Shown here: positions 25,580-41,283 of the stretch, one piece after another
Position numbering within the stretch: the stretch's first letter is position 1
Layout of the letters: each line of letters opens with the position of its first letter
NCBI GenBank assembly: GCA_012295275.1
Contig: CM022674.1
Span: forward strand, 2,170,001 to 2,234,000
Direction: 5' to 3'
DNA: 64,000 bases
Origin: Chrysomallon squamiferum
Lineage: Eukaryota > Animalia > Mollusca
Position numbers and translations under genes: made by a program
Notes under the pieces: model-generated
Database searches by the model: none
What the model was told of the DNA's origin: nothing
The model's input: only the letters and a program-made list of their open reading frames with translations

Positions 25580-26010
25580 ACACTTCAGTGTATTGTTTAA
25601 TTATACTTCAGTGTATTGCGAAATTGAAACCTTTCTTAATATCGTACGATCATACTTGAGTATATATGTTAAACTGAAATATTTCTTAATATTGTTAATA
25701 CGACAACAGCATTGTTTAATGATATTGTTTAATGACATCTCAGAGTATTGTATAATCTTTAACTAAAACAATCAGCTAAAAAAAATGTATTTGAAAAGAT
25801 TCAGTCTATTGTTTAAGTGTTTCAGCATAAGTGTTTGAATGAAACATTTCAGTCTATTTTTTACTTGAAATAATTCAGCCAATTGTTTACATGAAATGTT
25901 CGATATATTTGTTTATTTACAATATTTTTCAGAGTTTTCTTTATTTAAAAGATTTCAGCCTAATATCTGAGAATAACAGTTTAAGTGAAACATTTCAGAA
26001 TTTTCTTATA
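25580..26010 (+). repeat. Highly degenerate minisatellite, unit of about 26 bp (consensus approx. TGAAACATTTCAGTCTATTGTTTAA)
   Basis: TGAAA starts recur at 25840, 25866 and 25892 (period 26). TTCAG..TATTGTTTAA words recur throughout. Confidence 0.6.
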
Positions 26011-26344
26011 TAAAAATTTAAAGATTGTGTTATATTAAAAAATTTTGAGACACTATTCTGTCGTGTTGGTCTTTATTAGAAAAGTTTACGAAACGTCTGC
26101 TTATCTAAACAAATAATGAATTAATTATTGATAATTTAATAGACTTAGAATGTCCATTAGATATAAAGATATAGACATCAAAGTAATAAAAAAAAAAAAA
26201 AAAAAAAAAAAATAAAAATTACAGTTATTATTATTATTATTATTATTATTATCATCATCATTATTATGATCATCATCATGATCATCATTATTATGAGTAT
26301 TATTATTATTATTATTATGATTATTAATATTTATATTATTATCA

Positions 26345-26378
<34 letters not shown>

Positions 26379-26391
26379 TCATCATATTATG

Positions 26392-26442
<51 letters not shown>

Positions 26443-26642
26443 TAATACAATCTGTATCACAGATAACTGAATGATGTAACTGCTACTAATGTTATTCTGA
26501 AACTGATTTAGGGAAATTTAAATGCTGAGACAGATTTACCGACGGACGGAATTCCTCACTGAAACGCAGTGACATGTTAGAATCACTTAAACACGCTGTG
26601 AGGTTATTTACGTGTTGATGAATATTCATGAGCACACATAAA

Positions 26643-26760
26643 TGTATGTATGCATGCATGTATGTATGTATGTATGTATGTATGTATGTATGTATGTATG
26701 TATGTATGTATGTATGTATGTATGTATGCATGTATGCATGTGTATGTATGTATGTATGTA
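26643..26760 (+). repeat. (ATGT)n tetranucleotide microsatellite
   Basis: Read directly. Confidence 0.9.
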
Positions 26761-29036
26761 TGTGTGCGCGTGTGCGTATTATATGTATGAATATATGACT
26801 ATTTTCTCTGCTAACTTGTATATTCATGTACGTTCATCTTTTAATCAGTTTTGTCAGGTGATATTTATAATGTCTGTGTGTCCGTGTGTGTGTGTTTTAT
26901 AATCTTTTCATTGAAATATACAAAAAAAAAAACATCACATTATTTTTCAAAATTTCCATGTAACACGCTAACTTACTTATTAAACCTCATAAACATTACG
27001 TTTATTTCAAATAATAATAAAATAAAAAAAAAAAAAAAAGCTTCTGATTTACGTCACAATATTTTCTTAATTTTATTTTTAACACACTCCTTACTACAAA
27101 CATGAATTATGCGTCACGTGTTTGTGTGGGTTCTAGAATTTAAAAAAAAAAGAAAAAAAATAACAATAATAAAAAAATCAAACAAAATAACAAATCTCTT
27201 TAATTTTAGCCGGCACATTTTACGTAAAACGTCATGACTTGAAATAAACAAGCTCGTGAGTTTAAATGAGTTGATTAGAATCTATATTTGGAGTCAGCAG
27301 ATTTGTCGTTGGGTACAGATCGAACAGTTTATTAAAAATCTGTTTGGTTCACGAATGTTGCTCGCACCTTGAATAGTTTTGTCTCGTTCTCTCAATATTT
27401 TTTTCAAACTTTTACCTTTCTTTCTTTTCTTGTCATTATTGTATCTTTCATTTTGTTTGAGTGTTCCTTTTGCTGTCTTTCTTTCTTTCTTTCTTTCTTT
27501 CTTACTTTCCGTTTTTCTTCCTTTTCTTTCAGTTATTTTTCTTTTTGTTTTCTTTCATTCTTTCCTTCTGTAACTATTAATATCTTTTTTCATTCGTTCT
27601 TTCGAAATTTTCTCCTTTTTTCTCTCTCGTTCTTCATTCCTTCTTTTCTTTAATCTTTGTTTTATTCATCCGTTCGCTCTTTCATTAGTTCTCTCGTTCT
27701 CATTATTTCGATACATTTTTTTTTTTTTACATTTTTTTATCTTAAGAAAAGTGTTTTACGTTTGTATTTATTTCATCTATAAATTTATTGTTTTTATCGG
27801 TTTCTGTAATAATAATAAATAACAATAATATTAAAATAAATACAATAACATTTAAAACATGTAAATATGAAAAATTAAATAAATAAAAAACAGTTTTACT
27901 TTACTTAAAACACAAATGCATCATGAACTTTTTGAATATTGAAAATAACGACAACAACAACAGCAACAGCAGCAACAACAACAACAACAACAAAAAAACA
28001 TCACTATTACTGGTGTTATTGTTGTTGTTGTTGTCGTGGCAGTATTTGTTGTTATTATTATCATCATTATCCTAAATATAACTATAATTATATCTTTGTT
28101 CACTTTTCTTTTGTTAACTTTTTTTTCATTTGTTATTATTTTGTTTCCTTATTAATGTTTATAGTTAGGGGTGTGTTGTTTATTTATTTACCCATTTTGA
28201 CTATTCTTGCTTCCTGTTATTTTGTAATTTGTTGATATTAACTAAATTTCCGCTAATTTCAAAACAAACAAAAATCCCTCGAACACGGACTGATAATAAA
28301 TATTAAATTTAGATCCAGACCGATTTACACAGAGCTCCATCCCTCCGGTAAAACAGCATAATCATCATATAACACAGCAATTATCAACAACATTCGAAAA
28401 ACTAATAAGCACAATTATAAATAAATGCACGTTATTGTTACTTTTATGTCATAACGTCACTACGAAGTTCAACGTCATTAACCATGGTTACCCGTGAAAC
28501 AAAAAAAAAAAAAAAAAAAAAAAAAAAATAAAAAATAAAAAATAATAATAAAAAAATAAAAAATAAAATTAAAATTAAAAATAAAAACGTTTCTACGTCA
28601 CAGATTCACGCGACGTTTTCCGTTGCTATGGACTCGCTGGGTGGAACTGATACAGATTCACTGCAGCGATCTCGATATTAAGATATCGATGTCTTGAAAA
28701 ACTGGAGTTCAGAGTGGGTTCGATATATGTATTGTCATCTTGTGACAAATTACCAACACTGGGATTAGCTGAGTTTTAACTGACTTACTTGCCTTTTGAG
28801 AATACAAAAAATATATGTCACATGAAAACTATATAACAGCTGATAAGGAAATCCGATGTATAAATATATATATTTAAACACACAGATACACACACATACA
28901 AATACACAGAGAGTGAGAGAGGCAGACAGGTAGAAATATAGACAGACAGAGAGGGAAAGTGCATACGTGTGTAAAACAGTCAAATACAGAGTCGGTTATT
29001 CATACACGAGACAGCAATTATGATTCTCTGTCTACG

Positions 29037-29134
<98 letters not shown>

Positions 29135-29850
29135 CTTCTCACCCAGTTCAAGTATGTAATATTTAAACATGCACGAATATCAATCATAAACACACAATAG
29201 TACATTCAAAATCAAACATCCACAAACACGTGTCTAGCTGTACTTTCTTCGCAAAAACTGAACTAAATAGGTCCCATTCACGTCAAGTAAGCATATCTTT
29301 TCAATTCGACCGTCTGGTAATATTGACGAAAAAGAAAAAGAAAGAAAAGAAAGAAAATGAAAACGTTCGCTAGTATACAATCTTTATTTTTCCTACGACA
29401 GGCACTGCCTGGTCAACGTCGGCTCTTTCGCTTTCATCTTTTCATTTCGCTTCAACTACGTCGACATTTGAGATGTTGACACAGTGCGGCGGCTACAACG
29501 GAAAAGAAACACGCAATGCATAGATTTTTTTTTATTTTTTTTTTGAAAATTGAGATTTTTATCATAATCCCTCTCTGCCTTATTTGTCTTGGTATTTATT
29601 TTAACTTGTCCAGGTTATTGGTTTTTGCTTCGTTACTGGTTTCTCGTTTATTTGCTCTGACTTTATTTTCTTCTAAGTGCAAGTCTGAACAAATAGCTGT
29701 GGGTTATGTTCACCGATAATATGTACTGGTATATGTGTGTATGTGTGTCAGGTGTGTGTGTGTGCGGGTGTATGGTGTGTATGTGTGTGTGTGTTTGTGT
29801 GTGTGTCTGTGTGGGCGGGTGTGTGCGTGTGTGTGTGTTTGTGTGTGTGT

Positions 29851-29870
29851 TTAAAGACATGCGGAGGTGT
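29851..29870 (+). repeat. 20-bp dispersed repeat copy 1 (TTAAAGACATGCGGAGGTGT)
   Basis: Exact match to 36344-36363. Confidence 0.8.
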
Positions 29871-29904
29871 ATTTAAATATGCTGATGAGTTTGTCTATGA
29901 ATCT

Positions 29905-29948
<44 letters not shown>

Positions 29949-30153
29949 TCGTTTGCTTGTAGGCGTACAGTCGATTGTTTGTGAGTGTATGGCTGTGTTT
30001 TTGTGGGCGTTTCTGGGTGTTTCCGGGTGTTTATCTTTAATTATTTTTGTTTTCCTTTTCTATTGTTGTTTTTTTTTTTTGATGTTACCGTTGTTGCAGT
30101 TATTTTTTGATTGTTGTTTTTTTGTTTGTTTACTTGTTTGGCTTTTTTAAAAA

Positions 30154-30592
<439 letters not shown>

Positions 30593-31155
30593 CATGATTT
30601 CCTAATTCTCGACTAACGTTATTGTTCTAGTTAAAACAATAATCACTGACTTCAACCGCTTTGTGTTTGTTTACTTATATTCAGGATGAATCTCTACTTA
30701 TTTTCTACTCTTGCTTTTAAAAATAAACTTTGTATAACTTTACCTTTTTGGAGCACGTTATCTCCAAAATCATTGTGGGAAAAAAAAAACTTGGTGAATT
30801 TCTCGCTATATTTTGGAGGCTAGCTCCGTCTGGTAATAAAGTAATACTGTCTAAACAAATGATCCTCGTTATCTTTTAGTCAGCAGAGGAATGTCTGAGT
30901 TTAAAAAGGAGTATTTATATAATTTATTTTTAAAAGGAAATTAATAAAAATAAGGATGTTTTAAACCGTTAAATTAATTAAATGATTTGTTTATTTTTGT
31001 ATAAGGTTTTTTTTTTTTTTTTTTTTTTAAATTATTAGATTAATTTTGAATCGGTGTATTGTATTTTGTTTTACTTTTAGTATTTTTATTTTTTTTTTTT
31101 TTTTTTTTTTTTTTATTACGTATTATAAAAAAATTACTATTGCTGTGGTTTCGTG

Positions 31156-31194
<39 letters not shown>

Positions 31195-31231
31195 TATCCG
31201 CGAGAGCGATAGGGGGGAAAGAAAGACAGAC

Positions 31232-31321
<90 letters not shown>

Positions 31322-32276
31322 ATGAGAGAGAAGGAAAGAAGAAAGATATGAAGACAGACAGTTATAATAGACAGACGCCCACCATTACAACATGTACCAC
31401 AGACAAATTTAGATCACATGCACGTGATGTCGAAGCTTACAAACAGAACCGTAAATCCAAACAATGGGGAGAAATCTTGAGTTTGTACCTGTAAACAATA
31501 CATAGGTTTATCGCCAGATCTGTTCATACGTGCGTTTGTTCGTTTATCCATGCAGGTGTCGCTTCGGGTGTAATTTCCTTCGTCTGCCATTTTGCTCTGT
31601 TTATCTTTTCCCTTGTTCTGCACATCCTAAGAGCACTTCGAGATTTTATTTCTTCTCCGATTGCCAAACAAATGGGTAGCAAATTGCCACGTAGTTATTC
31701 CGAAGGAAGTACAGAAACAAACTTTCATCGCTTTGATGGCTGACATATTGCAGAGAGGAGAGGAGAGGAGAGGAGAGATGCTTCAGGGTTGGTGGTGGGT
31801 GGGGTGGGGGGGAAATGGTTCACCGTTTCGTTGGATTGTTTATAGGAGTTTTCGCCAGTTTAAATTAAAGATAGACGATGTCATATGTTGTATTTTTTTT
31901 TTTTTTTTCTTTCTTTCTTTTCTCCATTTCTTAGAATTCTTTGGTTGCACCCCATTTAAATGCAGCCCTCAGAGGTCTGTTAAAAGAGAAATAATTACGT
32001 TTTCCGGTTATGTGCAATCTCTTTTATTTATTTGTCTGTCTGTCTGTCTGTCTGTCTGCCTTTGCGATTTCTTCTTTGTGTCGCTTCGTTTTTAATTACG
32101 TGTGTCTGTGCGTCTGTATGTCGTTTTTTTCTTCTTCTGAATTTGTCTGTCTCTGTTTATAATTCACCCCACAACATTCACTTCGTCCGTTTATTTTACT
32201 TTTATTTGTTTCTTCCTTCGATTCTTTTATTTTCTGTCTTTATAACACACATACACGCTCTCTGTTTCTCTGTCTC

Positions 32277-32381
<105 letters not shown>

Positions 32382-33570
32382 GTCTGTCTGTGTGTCATTA
32401 ACAAGGGGTATGACAACAATTCAAATCAACTGAAGATTGATCAAGTGTTACCAACGTTTTCCTTCAACAATGTCTCTTTTTACAATTATTTTTCCTGATT
32501 TATTACGTAACAGTATTTATTTTTTTTTTAACTGTTTTGGGAAAACTTTTCGAAAGAATAATTCCTAAAAAAAACAACGACAAAAAAAAAAAAAAAAAAA
32601 AAAATAGTAGAAACTCACAAAAATAACGAAAAAGAAAACGAAGAAGAAAGAAAAAAAAAGAAAGAAAGAAAGAAAGAAAGAAAAAAAACCCCATCCATTC
32701 TCATGAAGATTAATGGCTGCCGTCTTTGAAAAATGATAACGCGCATGTCCCAGCTCTTCTTTTTGTGTGTCGGGAGGTAAGGAATCAATCTGGGGAAAGT
32801 CAAACAAAAGTTTGGGTTATCACTTTTTACCAGCTTCACGCGATAACCGAATAGTAATGTTTAAACAGCGAGAAAAAGCAGCCCTTGTTTACCTCCCTTG
32901 TCACCGGGATTATCCCTCTTTTTTTTTTTTTTTTTTTTTTTATTATGATAAATACGGTAAGAAGGAAACGGCAAAAACATCTGAGTCTAAAGATAACAAA
33001 AGTCGAGTTCTGTGCGGGCCACACGCAAAGTTTGATGTGAAATCTCTCGCACTGAGTTTATCTTTATGTGTTGATTAGGTGATGTTCTAAAACCTATCTC
33101 TTCTCCGTCTTGAATCAGATAGTTTAGACATAACTGGAGCGATGTGTATCTTGTACAAATAGATAGCTAGATAGGTGAATAGAATGTAGGTAGGTATGTA
33201 CATGTACGTAGGTAGGTATGTACGTGTACGTAGATAGGGATTTGTATATTTGATCTAACTATCATTATTCCATAGGTTCTATATGTGTAGATAGACAATG
33301 ATTCAGATAGATGATAGATAGAGTGTTGTGGATGCATGGATGGATGGATGGATGGATGGATGGATGGATGGATGGATGGATATAATGTATAGATAAAAGA
33401 ATGAATGAAAGGATTGAGGATGGATAGCCAAGAAAATGGATACATAGATAGAGATATATTCCTAAAACAGATAGACATATAGAAAAATATATCTTTGTCT
33501 GTCTCTCTGTCTCTCTGACTATCTATCTATCTATAATATGTATACGTCTCTCACACTCAACGACCTCTTC

Positions 33571-33607
<37 letters not shown>

Positions 33608-34195
33608 CATAAAAGCAACAACAAGGGCAACAGCTGCAGAACAACAGCATCATTATGATACATATGACACATAATATACCAACATAATTTCTATCTCGCT
33701 TATGTGTTTCACTGTTTTGAGACATAAACGCAGCTGTTTGTCAAAACACAATGAGATAATTGGTTTTGACCGCCATGGTCTGTAGTCATAATAACATTGT
33801 TTTTGAAACATTTTATAACAGCAGTCACAGAAGACCAAACAGCTGCGAGGCGTGATTGTTACTCGTAGTCGAGCATGGACACGCACAGACACACGTACGA
33901 ACCACACATACTTATTAACATTTGAATCTGATTCTGAATTTTGCGAAACAACTCTCAGGATATAACGTGTATGCATATATATATATATATATATAATGAT
34001 TGATTGACTTGATTGATTTATTTATTTATAAAGTCTACATGTGTATACTGTCTCACTCTCCCTCCAAGCCTCTTGTTTTGTGTTTGTGTCAGTCTCTCAG
34101 TGTGTCTGTCTGTCTGTCAGTTTGTTTGCAGAACATCAACGTTATCTTCATTAGCTATCTGTTTTTCTTTGTCTGTCTTTGTCGTTCTCTGTTAT

Positions 34196-34420
<225 letters not shown>

Positions 34421-36343
34421 AACAAACAAATAAATCATTCTGTCAGTCCCATGCTACACCGTGTATACTTTCGTAATAAGCTAATAGAAACACATCCATT
34501 TACCTCAGATTAAAAACAATAACAACAACACTACTACTACTACTACTACTACAACTAATAATAATAATTTTGTTATGCAGTCTCGTCTCGTCTTCAGCAC
34601 AATCTTGACAGGTTTTGTGCACACACGCTCCTGCTACCAGAGAACTAAACGAACAACGCTAAAAACGTTTTCCAAAATATTTTGACAAGTGTTACGCATT
34701 TTCCATCACGCCGGTGCGGTTTTCCGAGAAGGATGAACTATGGAGATTAAAACACACCATACATCATAAGTTAAACGAGTTACGTTTGTTCCTTGTTTTG
34801 TTTTTGTGTATGAGGGGAAGGGGTGAAACATGCTAGTAATGAGCGTAAAGTTTTAGTTTAAAAAAAAAGTGTGGTTTAAAATAATGGAAAAAACCAAAAA
34901 ATAAAAAAGAGAAGATTTGTGTGTTTGTGAAGAAAGTATTTTAAGGCTATGAAAAAATGGTTGTGTGGTTATATAGTGGTGTAGTTATGTTAGTGTGTTA
35001 GTGTTGTCGTTGTTATTACTACCACCATCATCATCATCATTATCAATATTATTATTATTATTATTTCATAAATTATGAGTACCTACATTCGTGTTAAAAC
35101 CGCAAAACAGTTTCTGATAATATACAGACGATATTATTTATTTATTATGCTTATCGCTAATAAATACACGTGCATGCACACACGCTCTCACACACACATA
35201 CACACACACACACACACACACAAACACCACGTAGACACAAATGCAAATAACAATTATAGACGTAGAAGTTATTTAGTGTCTACGTATACAAACTCAAAAC
35301 GTATTCTGAACAAAATACGCACACTGGAACACACAGGCAGAGATACAACCTAAAATATGCACAGACATACAGACAAACACATTTACAATGAACAAAAGGA
35401 AACAAACAATAACAAAACAAAAAACAACAAAAAAGAAAAAAAAAAAAGAAAACAGAATTATTGTTTATCTCGAAACAATTTTTTTTTTTTCTCGCAACGA
35501 AAACAAGAGCAGAATTTCACTGCATGTTTGAGTTTGTGTTGTGGAACACAAAAGTTCAGAGATTAATTTTTCATCTGCGCTCAGCCAGTTTTTCTGTTTG
35601 TAAAATTATTGAGTAATATTATACAAGAATCATGACATGTTTACTGTCATTTCAACAACAGCTGACATCAGCGAAGTACAAACAACCAGTTTATTCTGAC
35701 AACAGTTCGAAAACATTTATTCCAAATAACCGAGACAGACCCGATTTATATTTGTTTTAATCACGCAGAATAAATAAATAAATAAATAAATAAATTTAAA
35801 AAAAAGAAAATAATAAAAAAGTGAAAAGAAAGAAAAAAAAAGTAGATGAAAAAAGTAAATAAATAAAGGTTAGGGGAAAAGAAAAGAAAAAAAAAGAAAA
35901 AAAAGTTCTGAACAAATGCTGCGATGTTAAATGAGTTTTCACGGAATCTCTTTCTTTTTTTTTTTTTTTTTTTTTCTACATTTTTTTTTTTTTTTTTTTT
36001 TTGTTACGTTACACTCTTCCCGATTTCTGGCTGGAAAGTTAAAAACAAATTTGTAACCTTATCCGAAATTATCACCCCCTTGTGCAAGTTTTGAACAGTT
36101 TTCTTAAAACGCGATAATTTGCCTTAATGAAAGTAGCGCATTCGTGGACATTTTCCTATTAGATTTACAGGGACAAACGAAAATTAATTTGGCAAACTTG
36201 CGCTAATTCTGATAAAAGAATTTTTAATTTTTTTTTTTTTTTTTTTAAACAATATTTTGGAGAAAGAGTAAAATAATAATTATGTGAATATTTAAAAAAA
36301 AAAAAAAAGAAAAAAAAATTGAAACATTACTTTATAAAATAAG

Positions 36344-36363
36344 TTAAAGACATGCGGAGGTGT
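36344..36363 (+). repeat. 20-bp dispersed repeat copy 2 (TTAAAGACATGCGGAGGTGT)
   Basis: Exact match to 29851-29870. Confidence 0.8.
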
Positions 36364-36372
36364 GTTTGTCTA

Positions 36373-36478
<106 letters not shown>

Positions 36479-37154
36479 AGATAAAATGTGCAAATTACTG
36501 AATGAATGAAGAATATATATATAAATATGTAAGTTTGAGTGAATAAATAAATATAACAACAAATATATAGTAAATACATGAATGAAAAATAAATTAATAC
36601 AGACATCTATACATAGTCTACATAAATAATTCATCCATCCATCCACCCATCCATCCGTCCAACCATCCAGTTAAATACAACATAGCATAGTTTAATAAAA
36701 CATAACATACCATGCATACATGAATACACACAAACAGACAGACATTCACACAAACATACATACACCCAGAAAACAAACCAATACAAATTAAATTTCAACC
36801 TTCCAGACGGAGCTCTAACGATTACCCCGCCCCCTTTTCCGTTTATACTGCAATTCCAATTTCCATACCCTATCCAAGTCACAATCCCAAATCCCTTTTC
36901 TAGCCCGAGGCGAATCCCAGTTCATCTTTTCAGCATGTGCAGAAATGCAGTATCGAAACTGTGTGAGTTTCTTGTGAATTCCTTGCTGAAACAATCCGCG
37001 AAAATGAAAGGAATTTGTTCAAAGCCTTGTTTAATGGTTTCTTCAAAACATCAGAGAAAAATCCTGATCCTAAAGCTGCCCGCGGGTTTTACACAAATGT
37101 TTTGAAAATGTCGCAAATTTTGAGCTTCTTTTTTTTACTTCTTCTAAGCAATTC

Positions 37155-37520
<366 letters not shown>

Positions 37521-37801
37521 CAGTTTTTTTTTTTTTTAAAGCTAAAGTGAAACGTTAGTAACGGTAAAAGAAAGTTTTCTTAGCAATAAGCTTCTTTAAT
37601 TAATGACTGAGTGAGATTTCAGTTTTCCCTTCGTTTCTAATGAAATTGACATCCTTCGGTAAGCGAAAAGCAATGTACATGACTACAGTTGTCTATTTCT
37701 GGCTCTGACGTCCTTATTTCAAATGGATTTCCATGTCTTTTTCATTCTTTTTGTTTAATTGCATTTTGCACTGACGAACTGCAGCAAATGTCGATAAAGG
37801 G

Positions 37802-37850
37802 GTGACGTAATTGCGCGTGACGTAATTGCACGTGATCGTTACACGTGATT
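37802..37850. promoter_or_regulatory. Short 15-bp tandem with two TGACGTAA bZIP sites and two CACGTG E-boxes
   Basis: The sequence reads GTGACGTAATTGCGC GTGACGTAATTGCAC GTGATCGTTACAC GTGATT. Confidence 0.4.
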
Positions 37851-38027
37851 CGAAGACAGGAGAAAGAGTCTAGAAAATGCCACGCAAATAATTTTAGAAT
37901 ATGTTTGATTTCTCCTTTTACTTTTCTTTATTTCTTTCTCTCTTTCGTTCTTTTTTTCTTTCGTTCTTCATTTTCCTATCAGTTTTATTAAATTTTGTAA
38001 TTGTTTTATTTTTTTTAGTTTCTTTTG

Positions 38028-38058
<31 letters not shown>

Positions 38059-38482
38059 CATTTAGGAATTCTGCATATCTTTTTAGCTTTTATTCATTCA
38101 TTTATTTTTTTAACACTTATCTTCTTTTCTTTTTTCTTCTTTCCTTTTTGCATTCAGTATTTTGGTCTTTAGATAAATTGGTAATCTTTCTGGAAATGAA
38201 AAAGTAAAAATAAAATAAAATTAAAAAATAAAATAAAATAAAATAAAATAAAATAAATAAATAAATAAATAAGCAAATAAATAAATAAATAAATAAATAA
38301 ATAAGTAAATAAATATAAATAAATAAAAAGTAAATATAACAGAAACAAGATAAAAATGAAATATTTAAAACCGAAAGAACACACATATACAAACACAACA
38401 TAAAATAAATCACACTCACTGCAAAGAAAAATAAATCAACAAATAAATAAATAAATAAATAAAAAAAAAAAATATAAATATA

Positions 38483-38516
<34 letters not shown>

Positions 38517-38829
38517 AAAAAATTTAAAATTAAAAATTAAAAAAAATTAAATAAAAAAAATTACAAGTAAGAAGGAATTAAAATAGGAACATATCATAAT
38601 TTGCTGATTTATTACTTCCCTGATTATCTGTGTTCTCTGTTGAGTATTGATTTAAGTACAACCATAGTCTGCGTAGGTATTAACGTGAATGTAGATACAA
38701 CATGAAAGAAAGTGTGTAAATCCAGGTAGATTTTCTCCGTGTGATTTGTTTATAGAACTCACCTACTGAGACAGGTAACAGTCACTAATGAGTTCATCTT
38801 ATTTTTATTATCAGTGATGGGAATATAAA

Positions 38830-39420
38830 AATAGAATAATATAAAATAAAATAACATAACATAAAATAAAATAAAATAAAATGAAATGAAATAAAATAAA
38901 ATAAAATAAAATAAAATAAAACAAAACAAAATAAAATAAAACAAAACAAAACAAAACAAAACAAAACAAAACAAAACAAAACAAAACAAAACAAAACAGA
39001 AATAAAATAAAATAAAATAAAACAACATAAAATAAAATAAAATAAAATAAAATAAAATAAAATAAAATAAAATAAAATAAAATAAAATAAAATAAAATAA
39101 AACAAAACAGAAATAAAATAAAATAAAATAAAATAAAATAAAATATGTAAACCAAAACAAAACAAAATAGAATAAAGTGAAATAAAATAAATAAATAAGC
39201 TGAATTGAATTAAAATGAAGTAAAATAAAAATAAAAAAAAAATAATAAATAAAATAATAATAAATAAATAATTGAAAATAGGCAAAACATGACAAAAATA
39301 AATATAATACATATATACATACACACTCACACATACATACATACATACATACATACATACATACATACATACATACATACATACATACATACATACATAC
39401 ATACATACATACATACATAA
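38830..39420 (+). repeat. (AAAAT/AAAAC)n pentamer array followed by (ATAC)n
   Basis: Read directly; source of the longest ORFs (264 and 232 aa, FYFIL repeats). Confidence 0.92.
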
Positions 39421-40733
39421 ATAAATAAATAAATAATCGAAAACATGGACAGAAAAAGAAAACCTCACAAGGAATATATTTGAAAATGTCAAAACTTTTA
39501 TGTAAAAAACACGTCATCATAAAAAAAAAAAAAAAAAAGAGAAAAAACGTCACGTCATTTCAGGTGCGTGTTGGACAAATATTAAAACACTAATTTCTTG
39601 GGCTTGTCAAAAATACTCAACAAACAAATGCACGCCAGGTAAGAAAGCGAGTTCTACTGGCCTGTATTTGTTTAGTTCAGTTTACGTGAAAAACTTTCTC
39701 TTCTTTCACTTTTCTTTACCGTCAACTTTGTCTCGTCGTTTCAGGCGCAGAACTAGAAAGTATTTCGGGGTGTGTGTGTGTGTGGGGTGGGGTGGGGGTG
39801 TGTGTTATCCTCCACAGCTGATGTTGAAAGCGATCAATTTTTATCTCGCAATTAAAGTAAAATAAAACAATTTTTTTTTTTCATTTATTTCACATATAAA
39901 ACGCACTGATACAGAAACACTCACATACACACGTATACACAAATTATATACACTTCATATATAGGTAATACAGAGAGGCGAGATTTCCAGAACTCACCCT
40001 GTAAACAAACATAGGTTAGGACTTATAATTTCATTAGGTACAGTTTGGTACCGAATTCCCTTTTTTAATTTCATGCTTCGTTGTACAGGGTGTGAAGTAT
40101 ATGAACCGTCATTATAAAGTTCTTGCTCTGTCTTAAAACTTCTAATCTATGGATGATAGAACTGATCTGTAAAAAGGATAAGAGAAAAACAAAAAATGAT
40201 TTGTTTAATATATTTATTGTAGCGATTCTTAATTTTCAATATGACCACCATCGTTATCGATATAACAGAAAATCAGCTACAAAATGTATTTCCAGAATCG
40301 TATCACTATTTTTATCCATCCATTATAATGCTAATTATGTTTAAAATTCTTTTCCTTTTTATCCTGTTTATAGATCAGTTCTTTCATCATCAGTTACAAG
40401 TTATGAAAATTTAAAATTACACACATACTTTATATGTTGACTATATTTTTAAATGGTGTAGCTTGGGCGAGGTAAATTATTATTTAATTATTTCGCCAAA
40501 ATTTAAGTTATGTAGACAGACAGACCAATTCTTTTTTCTTTTAGTTGTCAGCGTGTTGTGAAATTGAAAAACAGAATTCGGTTGAAATAATGTGAAGATT
40601 TAGATAATAATAATAATAATGTGTGTTTTAATAAACGCTAGGATCTAAATGTGAGCAATGGAGCATAATGATTGACTTTCTATTATCGGTTATCAAACAC
40701 CATAATCTTCTTCGTTTTTTTCTTTTTTTCTTT

Positions 40734-40769
<36 letters not shown>

Positions 40770-41002
40770 CTTTTCTTTTTTTTTTTTTTTTTTTTTGTTT
40801 TGTGGCACTACACGAGAAGATTGCTTAATTTTCGATTACTTTTTTTTTTTTTTTTTTTTTTGGCAGTTAGTATATGTATTTAATATATGTAATATATAAC
40901 CCACAATGACGAAATCTACATAATTCTTCCGATAGCAATAAATGTATTTTATATCAACGTTTCCATAAACAGGGGAAAAAAATAAATAAACAAACAAACA
41001 GA

Positions 41003-41045
<43 letters not shown>

Positions 41046-41084
41046 CAATGAATAATAAATAAATAAATAAATAAATAGATAAAA

Positions 41085-41119
<35 letters not shown>

Positions 41120-41270
41120 AAAAAATAAAAAATAAAAAATAAAATAAAATAATAAAGTAACCTTTCTCTGAATATTTGTTGGAACAGGAAAATAACCCAT
41201 CTAATCCCCCCCCCCTCCCTCCCAACAACAGTTTTGAACCTGCAACCGATGGCGCCTGGGGAGAGAGTTC

Positions 41271-41283
41271 TGACCTCTGACCC
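41271..41283 (-). promoter_or_regulatory. DR1 nuclear-receptor element (GGGTCA-G-AGGTCA on the minus strand) in an E-box-rich island
   Basis: The plus strand reads TGACCT-C-TGACCC. CAGGTG (twice) and CAGATG lie within about 200 bp downstream. Confidence 0.3.

Noticed and set aside
38759-39553. Longest ORFs (264 and 232 aa) as membrane proteins
   Set aside because: They are translations of (AAAAT)n/(ATAC)n repeats. The same applies to the poly-I, poly-L, ER-, SL-, CV- and YLFI-repeat ORFs throughout the track.
39564-39638. 75-nt plus-strand exon (CAG|GTG...CAG|GTAAGA)
   Set aside because: There is no pyrimidine tract (poly-A upstream), and the only open frame is incompatible with the phase-0 first exon.
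39995-40092. Tc1/mariner-like termini CACCCTGTA ... TACAGGGTG
   Set aside because: Only 9 bp, oriented outward, and with no partner ends or transposase.
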